This document shows, piece after piece, positions 52,612-64,000 of a stretch of DNA of 64,000 nucleotides. A program made the translations under genes and the position numbers. The notes beneath the pieces were generated by a model. It saw only the letters and a program-made list of their open reading frames with translations, was not told where the DNA came from and searched no databases. The stretch lies in assembly GCA_951406725.2 (NCBI GenBank), contig OX597820.1, forward strand, positions 11,966,001 to 12,030,000, written 5' to 3'. The number at the start of each line of letters is the position of its first letter. The first letter of the stretch is position 1. The DNA is from Octopus vulgaris (Eukaryota).

Positions 52612-53352
52612 GAAGGCGCGTGGCTTAGTGGTTAGGGTGTTTGGCAGCGAGTTGGCAGAAACGTTGGTACGCCGGGCGAAATACATAGCCGTATTTCGTC
52701 TGCCGTTACGTTCTGAGTTCAAATTCCGCCGAGTTCGACTTTGCTTTTCATCCTTTCAGGGTCGATAAATTAAGTACCTGTTGCGCACTGGGGTCGATAT
52801 AATCGACTTAATCCATTTGTCTGTCCTTATTTGTTCCATCTGAGTTTAGCCCCTTATGGGTAGTAAAGAAATAGGTATTTCGTCTGCTGTTACGTTCTGA
52901 GTTCAAATTCTGCTGAGGTCGACTTTGCCTTTCATCCTTTCGGGGTCGATAAATTAAGTACCAGTTATGCACTGAGGTCGATATCATCGACTTAATCCGT
53001 TTGTCTGTTCTTGTTTGTCCTCTCTATGTTTAACCCCTTGTGGGCAATAAAGAAATAGGTATTTGGCTCAAGATCGTAAGGTCGTGAGTTCGATTCCCAC
53101 CGGCACGTCGTGTTCTTGAGCAAGACACTCTATTTCACGTTGCTTCAGTTCACTCAGCTGGCAAAAATGAGTCGTAATTCAAAAGGCCGGCCTTGCCGCA
53201 TTCTATGTCACGCTGAATCTCCCTGAGAATGACGTTAAGGACACACTTGTCTATGGAGTACTCAGCTACCTGCACGTTAATTTCACGCGGGCTGGCTGTT
53301 CCGTTTATCGGATCAACTGGAACCCTCGTCGTCGTGACCGACGGAGAGTGCC
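52612..53352 (+). mobile_element. SINE with a C-type head and D tail type 1, split by a SINE A dimer (52645-53058)
   Basis: Head GAAGGCGCGTGGCTTAGTGGTTAGG resumes after the TSD GGTGTTTGGC/GGTATTTGGC; 53180-53350 matches 13143-13315. Confidence 0.85.
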
Positions 53353-53655
53353 AGGTGCCTGTTAGGTGTTGCACTGATCGTGATAAAAAAATATAGGCGC
53401 ACGTGTGTAGTATTGATGTTATTCTGTTGCTTAAGCAAGTCATGAAGGGTGATGGTCATGGTGGTAGTTTTGCGCTGTAATTTTGTGGTGATGTTGAGGC
53501 CTTCAGTGATACATGATTGTTGAGCTAGTAATTAGAGAATCGAAGTACTGGTTCTGAGCCTGTAAGGCGGAAGGAATTATAAAGATTTCATTCAATCAAC
53601 TTGTCACTCAAGGAACAAAACTATGATTGTATGATAATATATATATGATACACAC

Positions 53656-53720
<65 letters not shown>

Positions 53721-53974
53721 CATATCTTTATATATGTATATCTATTGTATATTATATATATATTGTACATTAAATACTATTCCTCTAGGAATAGTATTTA
53801 ACTGCTATTTCTAAATTTCGGTATGTAGTGAAGCAATTTGCTGAACTCTAATTATAATTATGCTTATAATTATAGAATCTTTGTGTAAGGTTGCCGATAA
53901 AGGTTATTTTAACATACCGAACTACTTGGTAAAATTATTAATTATTAATTACGCAATTAATTTGACCCTTTATT

Positions 53975-54062
<88 letters not shown>

Positions 54063-54104
54063 CATACATACTTCAGTACCAGCATGTTACGTTGGTATTA
54101 ACAA

Positions 54105-54257
54105 AGAGCGGGCTTTCCGTGTACCAAATCCACTCTGAGGCTTTGATCACCCGAGGCTATGTTAGAAAACATACGCTCACGGTGCCACGCGGTGGAACTG
54201 AACTCGGAACCCTGCAGTTAGGAAGCAAACTACCTACCACACACGTATGCCTGCGCC
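54105..54257 (-). mobile_element. SINE B, 5' half
   Basis: TTTCCGTGTACCAAATCCACTC..GGTGCCACGCGGTGGAACTGAAC..CCTGCGCC. Confidence 0.75.
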
Positions 54258-54277
54258 TATCATGATGTTTGAAAAAA

Positions 54278-55455
54278 AGGTACGAGACATTTTGACACAA
54301 ATAATTTGGCATTACCGATTCGACTCGTACTTGTTTGACATCGGCTGTTTTCCTCCTGTGACATTTTGGGATTGAAGATTTTATTTTTATTCTAGTGGAC
54401 CAAAATTTTGTCACAGCTACTAAACTACTCTACTACTAAACTTCGTTTAACATTCTGCATCATTTTGTGCAAATCATAACTAGCGAAATACTGAAGAAAT
54501 ATATAGAAAACATTTTCTCATAATTTGTTTCAGTATATCTTTGACGAAGTAGAACTGGCAGTGAATTTAAATTTTGGCGCTGTGAGCAGAAAAATTGGAG
54601 AGAAAGAAAGAAAGAGAGATAGAGAGAGATAATTTAGATTGATAAATGACACTGATTGCTATAAACACGTCTCTCTCTCTCTCAGCTATTTCTTTGTGTA
54701 TGTTTTTTTCTTTATGCGTATATGAAGAGAGGATTTGTTTTAAATCAATATCATTTAATAAATTTTGATGTTTCTCTCTTTCTCTGTTTCCCTCTCTTTG
54801 TTTATGTGAGTGACAACATTTCTCTTTATGCCTATGAGGAGAGAGAAAGCGTTTATGTCAGATTCAATCAACCAATTGTAATCTCTGTCTCTCTCTTTAT
54901 ATATGTACATACTAGCTGTTGAACCCGGCGTTGCTCGTGACTTCCGTGTTGAAGTTAAGCCCACCTCTGACCTTGTATTGAATAAGCATTTCCCTAGAGA
55001 CTATTCTATCGATTTTGTCGAAATTTTACATGTGGAAAAATGCAAAAGCTGCAGGAAAAATAACATCGTTATGGGAATTTTCATTCAAACACCCGACTGA
55101 GCTCACAAAAATCGATGTCAACTGAGCATTATCGAGTTTTCGAAAAATTCCGGCCTTATTTGAACTTCAGGGCATGTGATATATCTATGTGCCAAAAATC
55201 ATTAAGATCAGTTGGACGGTGTGGGAAGAGTTAGAGTAACTCCAAACACACACAGACATACACCATTACACATTTATGTATATAAATATGTGTGTATGTG
55301 TGTGTGTACGAGTTTCTGTGCGCGCTTGCACGTGTGATTATCTCCAGTGCCAAAATATACTGTGGCCAAAAAGAGCATCGCCAAAACTGATTCAGTGTCC
55401 AGTCATCCGGGCCAAACAGCTAGCGGCGAACCAGCCACTCCCAAACGTCTCATTG
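54278..55455 (+). mobile_element. Putative non-autonomous DNA transposon (same family as 2300-2810) hosting a Helitron
   Basis: Ends GGTACGAGACATTTTG / CCAAACGTCTCATT; subterminal blocks shared with 2300-2810. Confidence 0.4.
54912..55287 (-). mobile_element. Short non-autonomous Helitron
   Basis: - strand 3' end CGAGCAACGCCGGG-TTCAACAG-CTAG|T; 5' region TATATACATAAATGTGTAATGGTGTATGTCTGTGTGTG. Confidence 0.7.
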
Positions 55456-55459
55456 TGTT

Positions 55460-56690
55460 GAAAACGAGACCTGCATAGTAAACCAAGTGAGGTAGAGTTT
55501 CGTGGCTCGATCTGTTGACCAACGCACAATAATTTAGTATTGACATAGAATTGACATTGTCTGTAGTTGAGCATTGACATGGGAAGGAAGTTGTTCTTTT
55601 TAATTGCCCAATGCTGAACGTAAACATTGCTGAAGTTTGTTGATTTAATACAATGTTTCTCTACTGCGATGATTTCACCAGTATTTATGAAATAATCATT
55701 CCGCAGAAAGACGACAAAGCAGTTACTTAATCCTCTTTTGCTGCGCTTCTGTTTGAAGAAAGTAATTTGCTCTTTCAACTCAGTTTAACGACTACTCAGG
55801 ATATCGTTTGTTGTATAAAATCCACCTTTCGTCAGGTGTTACAATTCGATCCAAAGCTAAAATGTCTTTGTTGCGCAAATTAATTGCAAAACAGATTCGT
55901 AACGATGATTTTTTTTTCAAAAAAATTAGTTAAGCTCGTGCGTTATCTAGTGGTCGAGCCTTTTCACTTTCAAGTGCAGTGCAGATGCCAAATAACTGAT
56001 GAATGGAAAAAACTAAATTCTTTGGCTACTTCTCGAGTTGCTTGGGATGGCTTGCAACGATAAGCCCACCTCTGACCTTGGATTGAATAAGCATTTCCTT
56101 AGAGACTATTCTATCGATTTTGTCGAAATTTTACACGTGGAAAAATGCAAAAGACTGCAGGAAAAATAACATCGTTATGGGAATTTTCATTCAAACGCCC
56201 GACTGAGCTCACAAAAATCGATGCCAACTGAGCATTATCGAGTTTTCGAAAACAATTGGTCATTGTTAATGCAACGTTAATCATCTTCAAGAGTCTCGTC
56301 TCCATTTCAAAACTTTTGCAACGGATGGTCAGCTACACATTTGTTTATAGTTGCCTAACCGAATGCTTATTTTATATTGGTTTCAAATTTCGGCACAAGG
56401 CCAGCAATTGCAGGGGAGAAGTAAGTCGATTAACTCAACCCCAGTGCTCAGCTGGTACCTATTCTATCGACCCCGATAGGATGAAACACAACGTCAAACT
56501 CAGCGGAATTTGAACTCAGAACGGAAACACGGACGAAAGGCTGCTAAGCATTTTTCCGGCGTGCTAACGATTCTGACTGCTCGCCGCCTTATATAGCTGT
56601 TTGATTTTGTGAGAAATTTCTGTTACTTTGAGTTTCATTTAACATATTCAATAAAATTCTTAGAATTTTCTTTCCTTATCTGCCTTTTCT
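55460..56690 (-). pseudogene. Decayed Hsmar1-like mariner transposase
   Basis: Ordered fragments AFG*ATINKC, QKF*NGDETLEDD, INNDQL, ATREVAKEF..HSSVIWHLH, KVKRLDH*ITHELN (WVPHEL), LDRIVTPDERWILYNK, HETLPHLVY. Confidence 0.82.
56375..56589 (-). mobile_element. SINE A variant inserted in the mariner relic
   Basis: GCGGAATTTGAACTCAGAAC..GCTCGCCGCC. Confidence 0.85.
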
Positions 56691-56989
56691 TTGACAGCCT
56701 AACATGAACAAGAATAAACAGTGAAGAGTCAACCATTAGCGTAAATCAATATTGTGGAATCAGTACTTCAAAGTTGCAAATCATATAAGCATAGTTCAAT
56801 AAAGATTCATTCCAAAATAAGCATCAGACTTTGAAATGAAAAGAAAACCCTTTAACTGGTATTTCACAGGCAAACACAATACAATTATATTACTTGGAAG
56901 CATACTAAAATATAACGAAGTGGCTGCATGTACATGTATCGAAGCATAGGAAAATGTGTGTGATATTCGTCAACGGCATCGGGGTTTGC

Positions 56990-57146
56990 GAGTGGCTGTG
57001 TGGTAAATAGTTTGCTTACCAACCCCATGGTTCTGGGTTCAGTCCCACTGCGTGGCACTTTGGGCAAGTGTCTTCTACTGTAGCCTCGGGCCGACCAAAG
57101 CCTTGTGTGTGGATTTGGTAGACGGAAACTGAAAGAAGCCCGCCGT
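56990..57146 (+). mobile_element. SINE B, 5' half
   Basis: GAGTGGCTGTGTGGTAAATAG..GAAAGAAGCCCGCCG. Confidence 0.88.
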
Positions 57147-59277
57147 GTATGTCTCGGAGCCTATGGTTGGGATTCGAATGCAAAATGAAAAGAGTCGGGG
57201 CAAATAGTACTTGGTATCTTGTTATACTTCCGCCAAACCGCCATCCTGGATTAGCACTTTTTATAGATTCTAAAGAATGAAAACGTTCAGTAGATCTCGG
57301 CGGGATTTGAAGTGAAAGAGCTTAGAGGAAAAGATTTTCATGTGGAATGTTGATGTATCCAGAATAAAAGCAGGAACCCTAAATCTGTAGTATGTCATCC
57401 TTTCACTTAGCAAGTAAACTGTTATTCCAATGCCTGCCATAAGAACAGCAGTTTTCCCTCTTTGCCTCAAGGAATCAATTAAAGTATTGTGCAAATACGT
57501 TTTGAAAATTCCTCCTGATTCATTAATAATCTAGAACCTGTGATTAGCCTTACTCTGATCAATACATGAACATAATTCTCTGTTTCTAAAATCAAGGTCC
57601 TGCCTTTATCTGGTTTGGTTGATTCTGGTTGCTGAGTTAAAACCTGTAAAAGATTTTCAAGATCAAGAAACCCCAGCGCCAAATATTTTAAGCTTTGCAT
57701 TAATAAAATATCGACCGTGTCTTTCAAGCATTTATTTCTTGTTTCAAGCATTTATCTCTACAGAATTTTCTTGGATTATGTAATCTTCTATCACCTTTCT
57801 TCAAACTACTTATAGTGTTGCATTGGATTATTCGTGGAAAGTATCAAAGCAAAGAAATATATAATAGGGAAAGGGAGTTTGTTACAGAAAACTTGAGCAT
57901 TATATCTAACCCAACTACCATCATTACTAATTAAAGTTCATTGTTACTGGGCTTCCTTAAAAAATGCGTTAGCCAACTCCATCCACACCCCATAGCAACT
58001 TGAAGCTGGTTGCCCACTTTTCAATCAACAATATTATTCTGAAATGGAAGCGTTCCGATTCTTGAGGACTGATAGAGTATACTCTCTGAATAGTTTTCTG
58101 GGGATGCGAATTTTTAGTTCCACAATGTAGTTTTCTTACTAAAAGCATAACGATATGGAATGAGTAAACTGATCATCCGAGTTCGCACAGCTTGTTTCAA
58201 GAGGTACCACAATGTCAGGTGAGTATTTTACGATTAGTGGTTTCCAATGCTTGCCTCTTATTCCATCTAGAAATCTATACATTCTCTTCTCATACACCAA
58301 AAAATGACATGCCTGTGATTTGCCATACGTTTTGCTTTTATAGAATTACCCGAGCCCTTCGAGAGCACTAATGTAAATAGCATTCCCCATTGCAAGACTT
58401 GATCTTGAACGGTTTCTCGGTCATTATTAATTTCATCAATTTAGGGATTCAAGCAACCGTAGCCTTTACGTATATATTTCAATATACAGTTGGCTGTTTT
58501 CCCTGAAGCACATAATTCTATAATGATATAATAGTTTAGCCTGAAACTGAGACGTTTGTGGCAAGGAACAGTATATCGGCTGTCAACTGAAAACTTGCCA
58601 GTTTTATCAGTGGTATTTAGTCGTCTATAAATTGAATATCTGTCAGCATTAGCTTGTGAATGCCCTTTGAATTCCTTAATAAAGGCTTTACTAGATTTAT
58701 TCTATGCCTACTACACGAGGATTTAGATTGTCACCAGAGCCGTGAATCATGCGTTTTGTAATGGTTTCATAAAGTGACTTCTAAGAATATGGATAAGATA
58801 TTTCTGCGCACAGTAAATTCTATATTTTCCCCAGGTTATTAAATTTATCTCTTTCATTTAAAGTTGTCAAAATATAAGCATGAGAAAATTCTAGTTTGTG
58901 AAATTTGATAGAATAGTAATATGCTTTAATATTTCCAAAAATATTTCGCACTATATCGTTCAATATTTCTTGCAATGGTATCTTAAACACTTGCCAAAAT
59001 ATCTGGTCAGCTTGACAAGAGTTGTCAAGGAAATAGCTATTATCTCTATTTTCGATTGCATGTAAAAACGGTAAGTATATCTTGCTTCTCAAACTTATTC
59101 CCCTAGCCATGACATCGAGATAATACTCTGTCTGTCTGTCTGTCTCTCTTTCTTTCTCTCTCTCGCATGCGCATGAAGATCTTTGAAATAATGATGGTAA
59201 AATAATTCTTCGCCTTACATAAGTTCTAATGTTATTGGTAACAGTAGATTGGTAAGCTTTTGATACTCGTCAACTAT

Positions 59278-59580
59278 TTGTTGTTTGTTCCTTTTCGAGT
59301 CATGCCTGGTTCATAAGGGCCGGTTTCCCGGTTTCTTTGGCGTATAGGTTCCCCACCTGGACGGGACGCCGGTCCGTCGCAGGTGAGCTGCAAGATGCAG
59401 GAGGAAAGAATGAAAGTTGTGGCGAAAGAGTCAGCAGAAGTTCGCCGTTACCTTCTGCCGGAGCCGCGTGGAGCTTAGGTGTTTCGCTCATAAACACATA
59501 CATCGCCCGGTCTGAGATTCGAACCCGCGATCTCTCGAACGCGATTCCGCTGCTCTAACCACTAGGCCATGTGCCTCCAC
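59278..59580 (-). mobile_element. SINE D (tail type 3)
   Basis: D-type head; tail GAAACCGGGAAACCGGCCCTTATGAACC..(AAC)n; TSD ACTC(G/A)TCA(A/C)CTAT. Confidence 0.88.
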
Positions 59581-59616
59581 ACTCATCACCTATGGGATAT
59601 CCTTGCCGATATATTA

Positions 59617-60054
59617 CGTTGGTTCTTAAACTTTATTTGTTGCGCCCCCTTTTTAAGTAGTTGTTATGCCTAGCGCCCATTTAAGGGACAAGTGAGGGAT
59701 CACGACCAAAACTAACATAACATGGATAATAATTTATAAATTTTACTCTAAAAATGAATTGTATAAGATTTTAACGGTGACATAATAAATAATTAAATAA
59801 TTAATGAAGACAAAAGTTGCAAATTTACTTTATTCATTGCAAGTTAATGACTTCTCTGTGCCTGATGAAATCTCACTTTATTTTAATGACAGTTATTAGT
59901 TTGATCATCTATAAAATAATTACTACTCTAGGTAAAAATTAATATGTTAATTATGTTACCTCATTGCCCACTCTTAAAGTTAAACACCCCTTTTCAACAT
60001 ATCCAGCCTCCCACCCCTTGGAGGCAGTTCTGCCGCTCATGTTGAGAACCTCTG
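59617..60054. mobile_element. Possible hAT-like MITE
   Basis: Degenerate termini TGGTTCTTAAAC / GTTGAGAACCTCTG around an AT-rich interior; interrupts the RepHel relic. Confidence 0.35.
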
Positions 60055-61374
60055 ATATATGACATCATTAAAAATATTTTCCTCTTCCACGTATAGCAGC
60101 AAACTAATACTGAAAAGTCTATTGTTAATCAGTTTAAGATTATCGCTAAATCATGAATGTATTCTTGGTTCTCCGTAGGGATAAAATAATGTAATGGAAT
60201 AACGTGTAAATCCTTGGGATAAGATTAGACTCAATATCTTCAAATTGATGAGAGGAGTTTCTTGTATTCGAGGATAAAGACAAAAGTTACGTTCATGAGA
60301 TGAGATTGCCGCCAGTATTCTTTAAAATTTTGTACTTTCATTTACAGCTGGGAAACTATGATGTCTTTAGTGAATACATCGATCTCTCTTAAATGTTGCA
60401 TTGATGCTGTGACGTTGGAATATTATGTTATGTTGCTTGTTGTGCTTCTTTTAACTTACAAAACTTTATACATGAAAACATAAACACTTTTTTACTTTGG
60501 CGATCTGAGCTAACCTGGTTTATGTGATTCTCTAATCTAACACCAAGAGCCGTTTCCGAATCAACTTTATAAAGGTGAGAAAATAATATTCGAATTTTAT
60601 TTCTCCGAGTGCTTGAATATGACTGTCATGATTCCACATTTGGTCATCTATACAAAAACAATGCTGTCCACATTTCAAGTGTAAAATAAATGAATTCCTA
60701 CAAAAGCAAAAGAAAAGTGCTAAGTGGTAAATTATAACGTTGTGCTTGGAATTTATGTAATTGGGTTTCCTGAGATTGCTCATTAAATTATGAATCTATG
60801 GTAGTATTTCCTTTGATTAGGCAATATTATTTTATCATTGTGACAACAAAAGTAAAAATAAAATAGTTATAGAGTTAACCATCTGATGGACGATCTGATA
60901 AGAAATATTTGGCATTACAAGTTTGTTAGACATATTGCGGTAAATTTCCCCTTAGAGCAGTATTGTTGTTGACTCGATTATTTTGAACTCTAGAATGTAG
61001 TTATTTTGTATATTCCTACATCTTTGTCGTCTCTTAATACGATTTTATTCATTTCTTTCGATAATAATAACCTTATGTCAATCTCTTGCAATTAGTGTTC
61101 TTTCGTGTGTTTTCATGTCAGTCTGAATTATATTTGTCTTCTTTCTTTTTCAAAAACTGCTTTTGATTCTTCGCGTATTTCATTTTGTCTTCTTTCAGTA
61201 ATTCCTATCCCCGAGCCATGCTTTTGTTTCTTGTGATTCTTGACATTTTGCAACACTTCTCTTCAGTTTTCTTCAACCATTAACTTCTACTTATGATAAA
61301 CTTTGACAACATTTTCTAACTCAAAAATCGACCACTTTCTCCGTCACTGGGAACTTCTGTTCATCTGATTTATC

Positions 61375-61843
61375 TTAACCCTTTACCATTTAAACTAGCC
61401 ATATATCCTACCTGTTTTATGTTCAGACTGGCCAGATCCGGACTCTTACACCTATCCTACAATGTTATTAAAAATACACAATCACATCAGCAAAATCTCG
61501 AAGCTACGAGATGGTGTATGATTAATTCAAATCAATGTGAAAAAATAAGCATTGCATTCAACAAAGTAATCTGAATGCCATAAGAGTTCAACCAGCCAAG
61601 TCCATCTCAAATAATTTACCCGTTTTATCTTCAAACAGGCCTGATCTGGCCTGTCACACTTACCATACAATGCCATTCTAAGAATAAACAATCATATTAG
61701 CAAAATCTCGAAGCTACGAGATAATATATAAATAATTCGAAACAATGTAAATAACTAAACATTACGTTTAACAGAGTTTTCTCGATGCTAAATGAGTTAA
61801 ACCAGCCAGATAGATAAGAGTTATCTAAATGCTAAAGAGCTAG
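61375..61843 (+). mobile_element. Tandem dimer of a ~210-bp TTAA-flanked (piggyBac-like) MITE
   Basis: Starts TTAACCCTTTACCATT; units end ATGC(C/T)A..GAGTT(C)AA; AGCAAAATCTCGAAGCTACGAGAT occurs at 61489 and 61699. Confidence 0.55.
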
Positions 61844-62360
61844 CGTATTTATGAAAAGCTCGAATCGTTGCTTTCTTTTACTGTGTCAATAATCGCCTTC
61901 TTTCAACAAAAATTTGTCAAGTAAGGTAATTGGATCTTTTGAAATAGGAGCCAGCTAATAGATATATGTTAATATTCCAATGCTGTTTTTTTTTGTTCGT
62001 ATATAAAAAAAAAAAGTATGTATGTTTTTCTACACAATAGTAAACAAAGACTACAGAGCAGTAACTGATAAATCAGTGGCATAGATTTGGAGAGTCTCTT
62101 TTACATGTAAAAGTTCACATCGTAACATTCTTAGATGGGCGTTATATAACCAAGCAACACAAAAACAACGATATACAAAGACAGCAATATATGAGTTCAT
62201 ATGGCTTAAATATTGAGAGTTGGATAAAGCTAAGCTGACAGAGTGCAAGTAAGAGCGCTTATGAAATAGCAACAAAAAATATATCTTTAATGAGTGAATA
62301 TAAGGTCAGTTAGTAGAGCTCCATATTAATTTTTTCTTCAAAGTCCCTCTTATCTCCCCC

Positions 62361-62397
<37 letters not shown>

Positions 62398-62419
62398 CAT
62401 ATAAATGTAAGTATATACA

Positions 62420-62537
<118 letters not shown>

Positions 62538-62687
62538 GTGTCAGTTGAGGCAGTGAAAAATTGGCCTCCAATTATGTAACAACTTCAAAACAGGTAACTA
62601 GTCAGAAGATAGTAATTTTCAGTTTCTTACCAGATCCATTTTATGTATGTATGTATACGTGTATGTATGTACGCTAGGTTATGTACG

Positions 62688-62718
<31 letters not shown>

Positions 62719-63457
62719 GTATACATATGCGTGTGTACATGTGTGTGTGTGTATGCGTGATATCACTACATTGTAATCTAACCAAGAAACAAAAAGGATT
62801 TGTAGATACACACACATGGGGAAAAGGGAAAGAAAGAGTGAGATAGAGTGAGAGAGAGTGAGAGAGAGAGAGAGAGAGATTGAGAGAGAGATCACAGTAA
62901 TGGAAATAGCTTCAGCAAACATTAAGAGAGGAGAAGGATTTTGAATTAAAAGCATAGACTGATACAAGCGATAACAACCGCAACAACAACAATATTACGA
63001 AGGGGAAGAAAAAAAAGTAGAACATTTGATGACTATATGAAAGGTACGCAAGCTCTGTAATAAACAATATAATTTATACAATAAAAATCATTATATTTGA
63101 AAGGAGAATAATTGACCGATAGAAGGAAATAATTGCAGGGTAGGTTTGCAAAGGAAGATCTTAGCAGAGCATGTTTTAGGCTTTTACGTGGGCGTCAATT
63201 GAAGTTTCAGGCAGTTGGTTTATTAGAAGTATTTGGACTTCAATATCTTCAGCATGGCAAATAGCTTGGGTAATGTAACAACTATATATGTTTCTATAGA
63301 CTTGTTAAGAAGCGCATCTTCGAGTTTAACTAGTTTGAATTAAATATGATGAAAGTGAATTTTAATTGACTTAATTTGCTTACGGCCAATAAGTCACAAA
63401 ATACAGAAATTCTGACGGAACACACACACGCACACACACATACATACACATATTCAT

Positions 63458-63722
63458 GCATCCATCCGTCCGTCTGTCCGTCGGTCGGTCGGTCGGTCTG
63501 TCCGTCCGTCCGTCCATCCGTCCGTCCGTCTGTCTGTCCGCCCGTCTATCTGTCCATCTGTCCGTCCGTCCGTCCGTCCGTCCGTCCGTCCGTCCGTCTG
63601 TCTGTCCGTCCGTCTATCTGTCCATCTGTCTGTCCGTCCGTCCGTCAATCCGTCCGTCCGTCCGTCCATCCATCCATCCATCCATCCATCCATCCATCCA
63701 TCCATCCATCCATTCATTCATC
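63458..63722. repeat. (TCCG/TCTG/TCCA)n tetranucleotide repeat
   Basis: Direct reading. Confidence 0.95.
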
Positions 63723-63724
63723 CA

Positions 63725-63883
63725 ATAGGTTCTTAAGCTTTTGCCATCTACTAAATTTCACTCAAAACATTAATAACTTTGTGACTATAGTAAAAAATTG
63801 TCTAAGGTGCAATGCAGTGGGACCGAACCCAAAACCTCATGGTTTCGAAGCACATGTTTTAACCATACAGCTATGCCTGCACC
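63725..63883 (-). mobile_element. Diverged SINE B, 5' half
   Basis: AAGGTGCAATGCAGTGGGACCGAACCC..TTAACCATACAGCTATGCCTGCACC. Confidence 0.7.
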
Positions 63884-63934
63884 TCTATTACTGGTATGTT
63901 TTTTTAAGAATCCACAGTTCAGTGGGGGCAGATA

Positions 63935-64000
63935 CGAGGGACGTTCAATAAGTAATGGCCCTGACCCACTTCCCATAGCAGTAGAGCAACGAAACTTGGC
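63935..64000 (+). mobile_element. Probable mariner terminus, cut by window edge
   Basis: TA followed by CGAGGGACGTTCAATAAGTAATG, similar in form to the TIRs at 1035 and 50783. Confidence 0.5.

Larger units (their letters stand above)
57290..61000 (-). pseudogene. Fossil autonomous Helitron Rep-helicase gene
   Basis: In order on -: FCCHNDK, NVIIYHLALFF..GQHCFCIDDQMWNH, LFYPYGEP, VFK..IFGNIKAYYYSIKFHKLEFSHAYIL (HUH motif EFQKRGLPHAH), MIHGS, CILKYIRKGY (Y2 motif), SGGIFKTYLHNTL..RGKTAVLMAGIGITVYLL (Pif1 motifs I/Ia); many stops and frameshifts. Confidence 0.85.

Overview
Eukaryotic, AT-rich, repeat-saturated non-coding DNA. The SINE families and microsatellite density look like an octopus/coleoid cephalopod genome; this is from recall, not a search. 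No intact host gene, rRNA, true tRNA or CRISPR array can be supported, and nearly all listed ORFs are microsatellite or SINE read-throughs. The window contains four tRNA-derived SINE types (called A-D here, about 40 copies) and five mariner relics. It also holds several non-autonomous Helitrons, a ~4 kb fossil Helitron Rep-helicase gene, and CR1-, RTE-, Gypsy- and Penelope-like fragments. The most interesting signals are: (1) about ten hammerhead-ribozyme-like motifs, one with a canonical core (24329-24415) and two pairs arranged back-to-back in long palindromes (39211-39780, 41255-41543); (2) a 27-bp higher-order tandem array (7843-8812) with a stop-free frame of ~305 codons, (DEYTWYQIV)n, missed by the ORF track; (3) several short-range templated insertions; (4) a covarying 3' stem-loop shared by a CR1-like LINE and SINE B; (5) SINE A multimers with one recurrent junction. 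All alignments were done by eye and degenerate-element boundaries are approximate.
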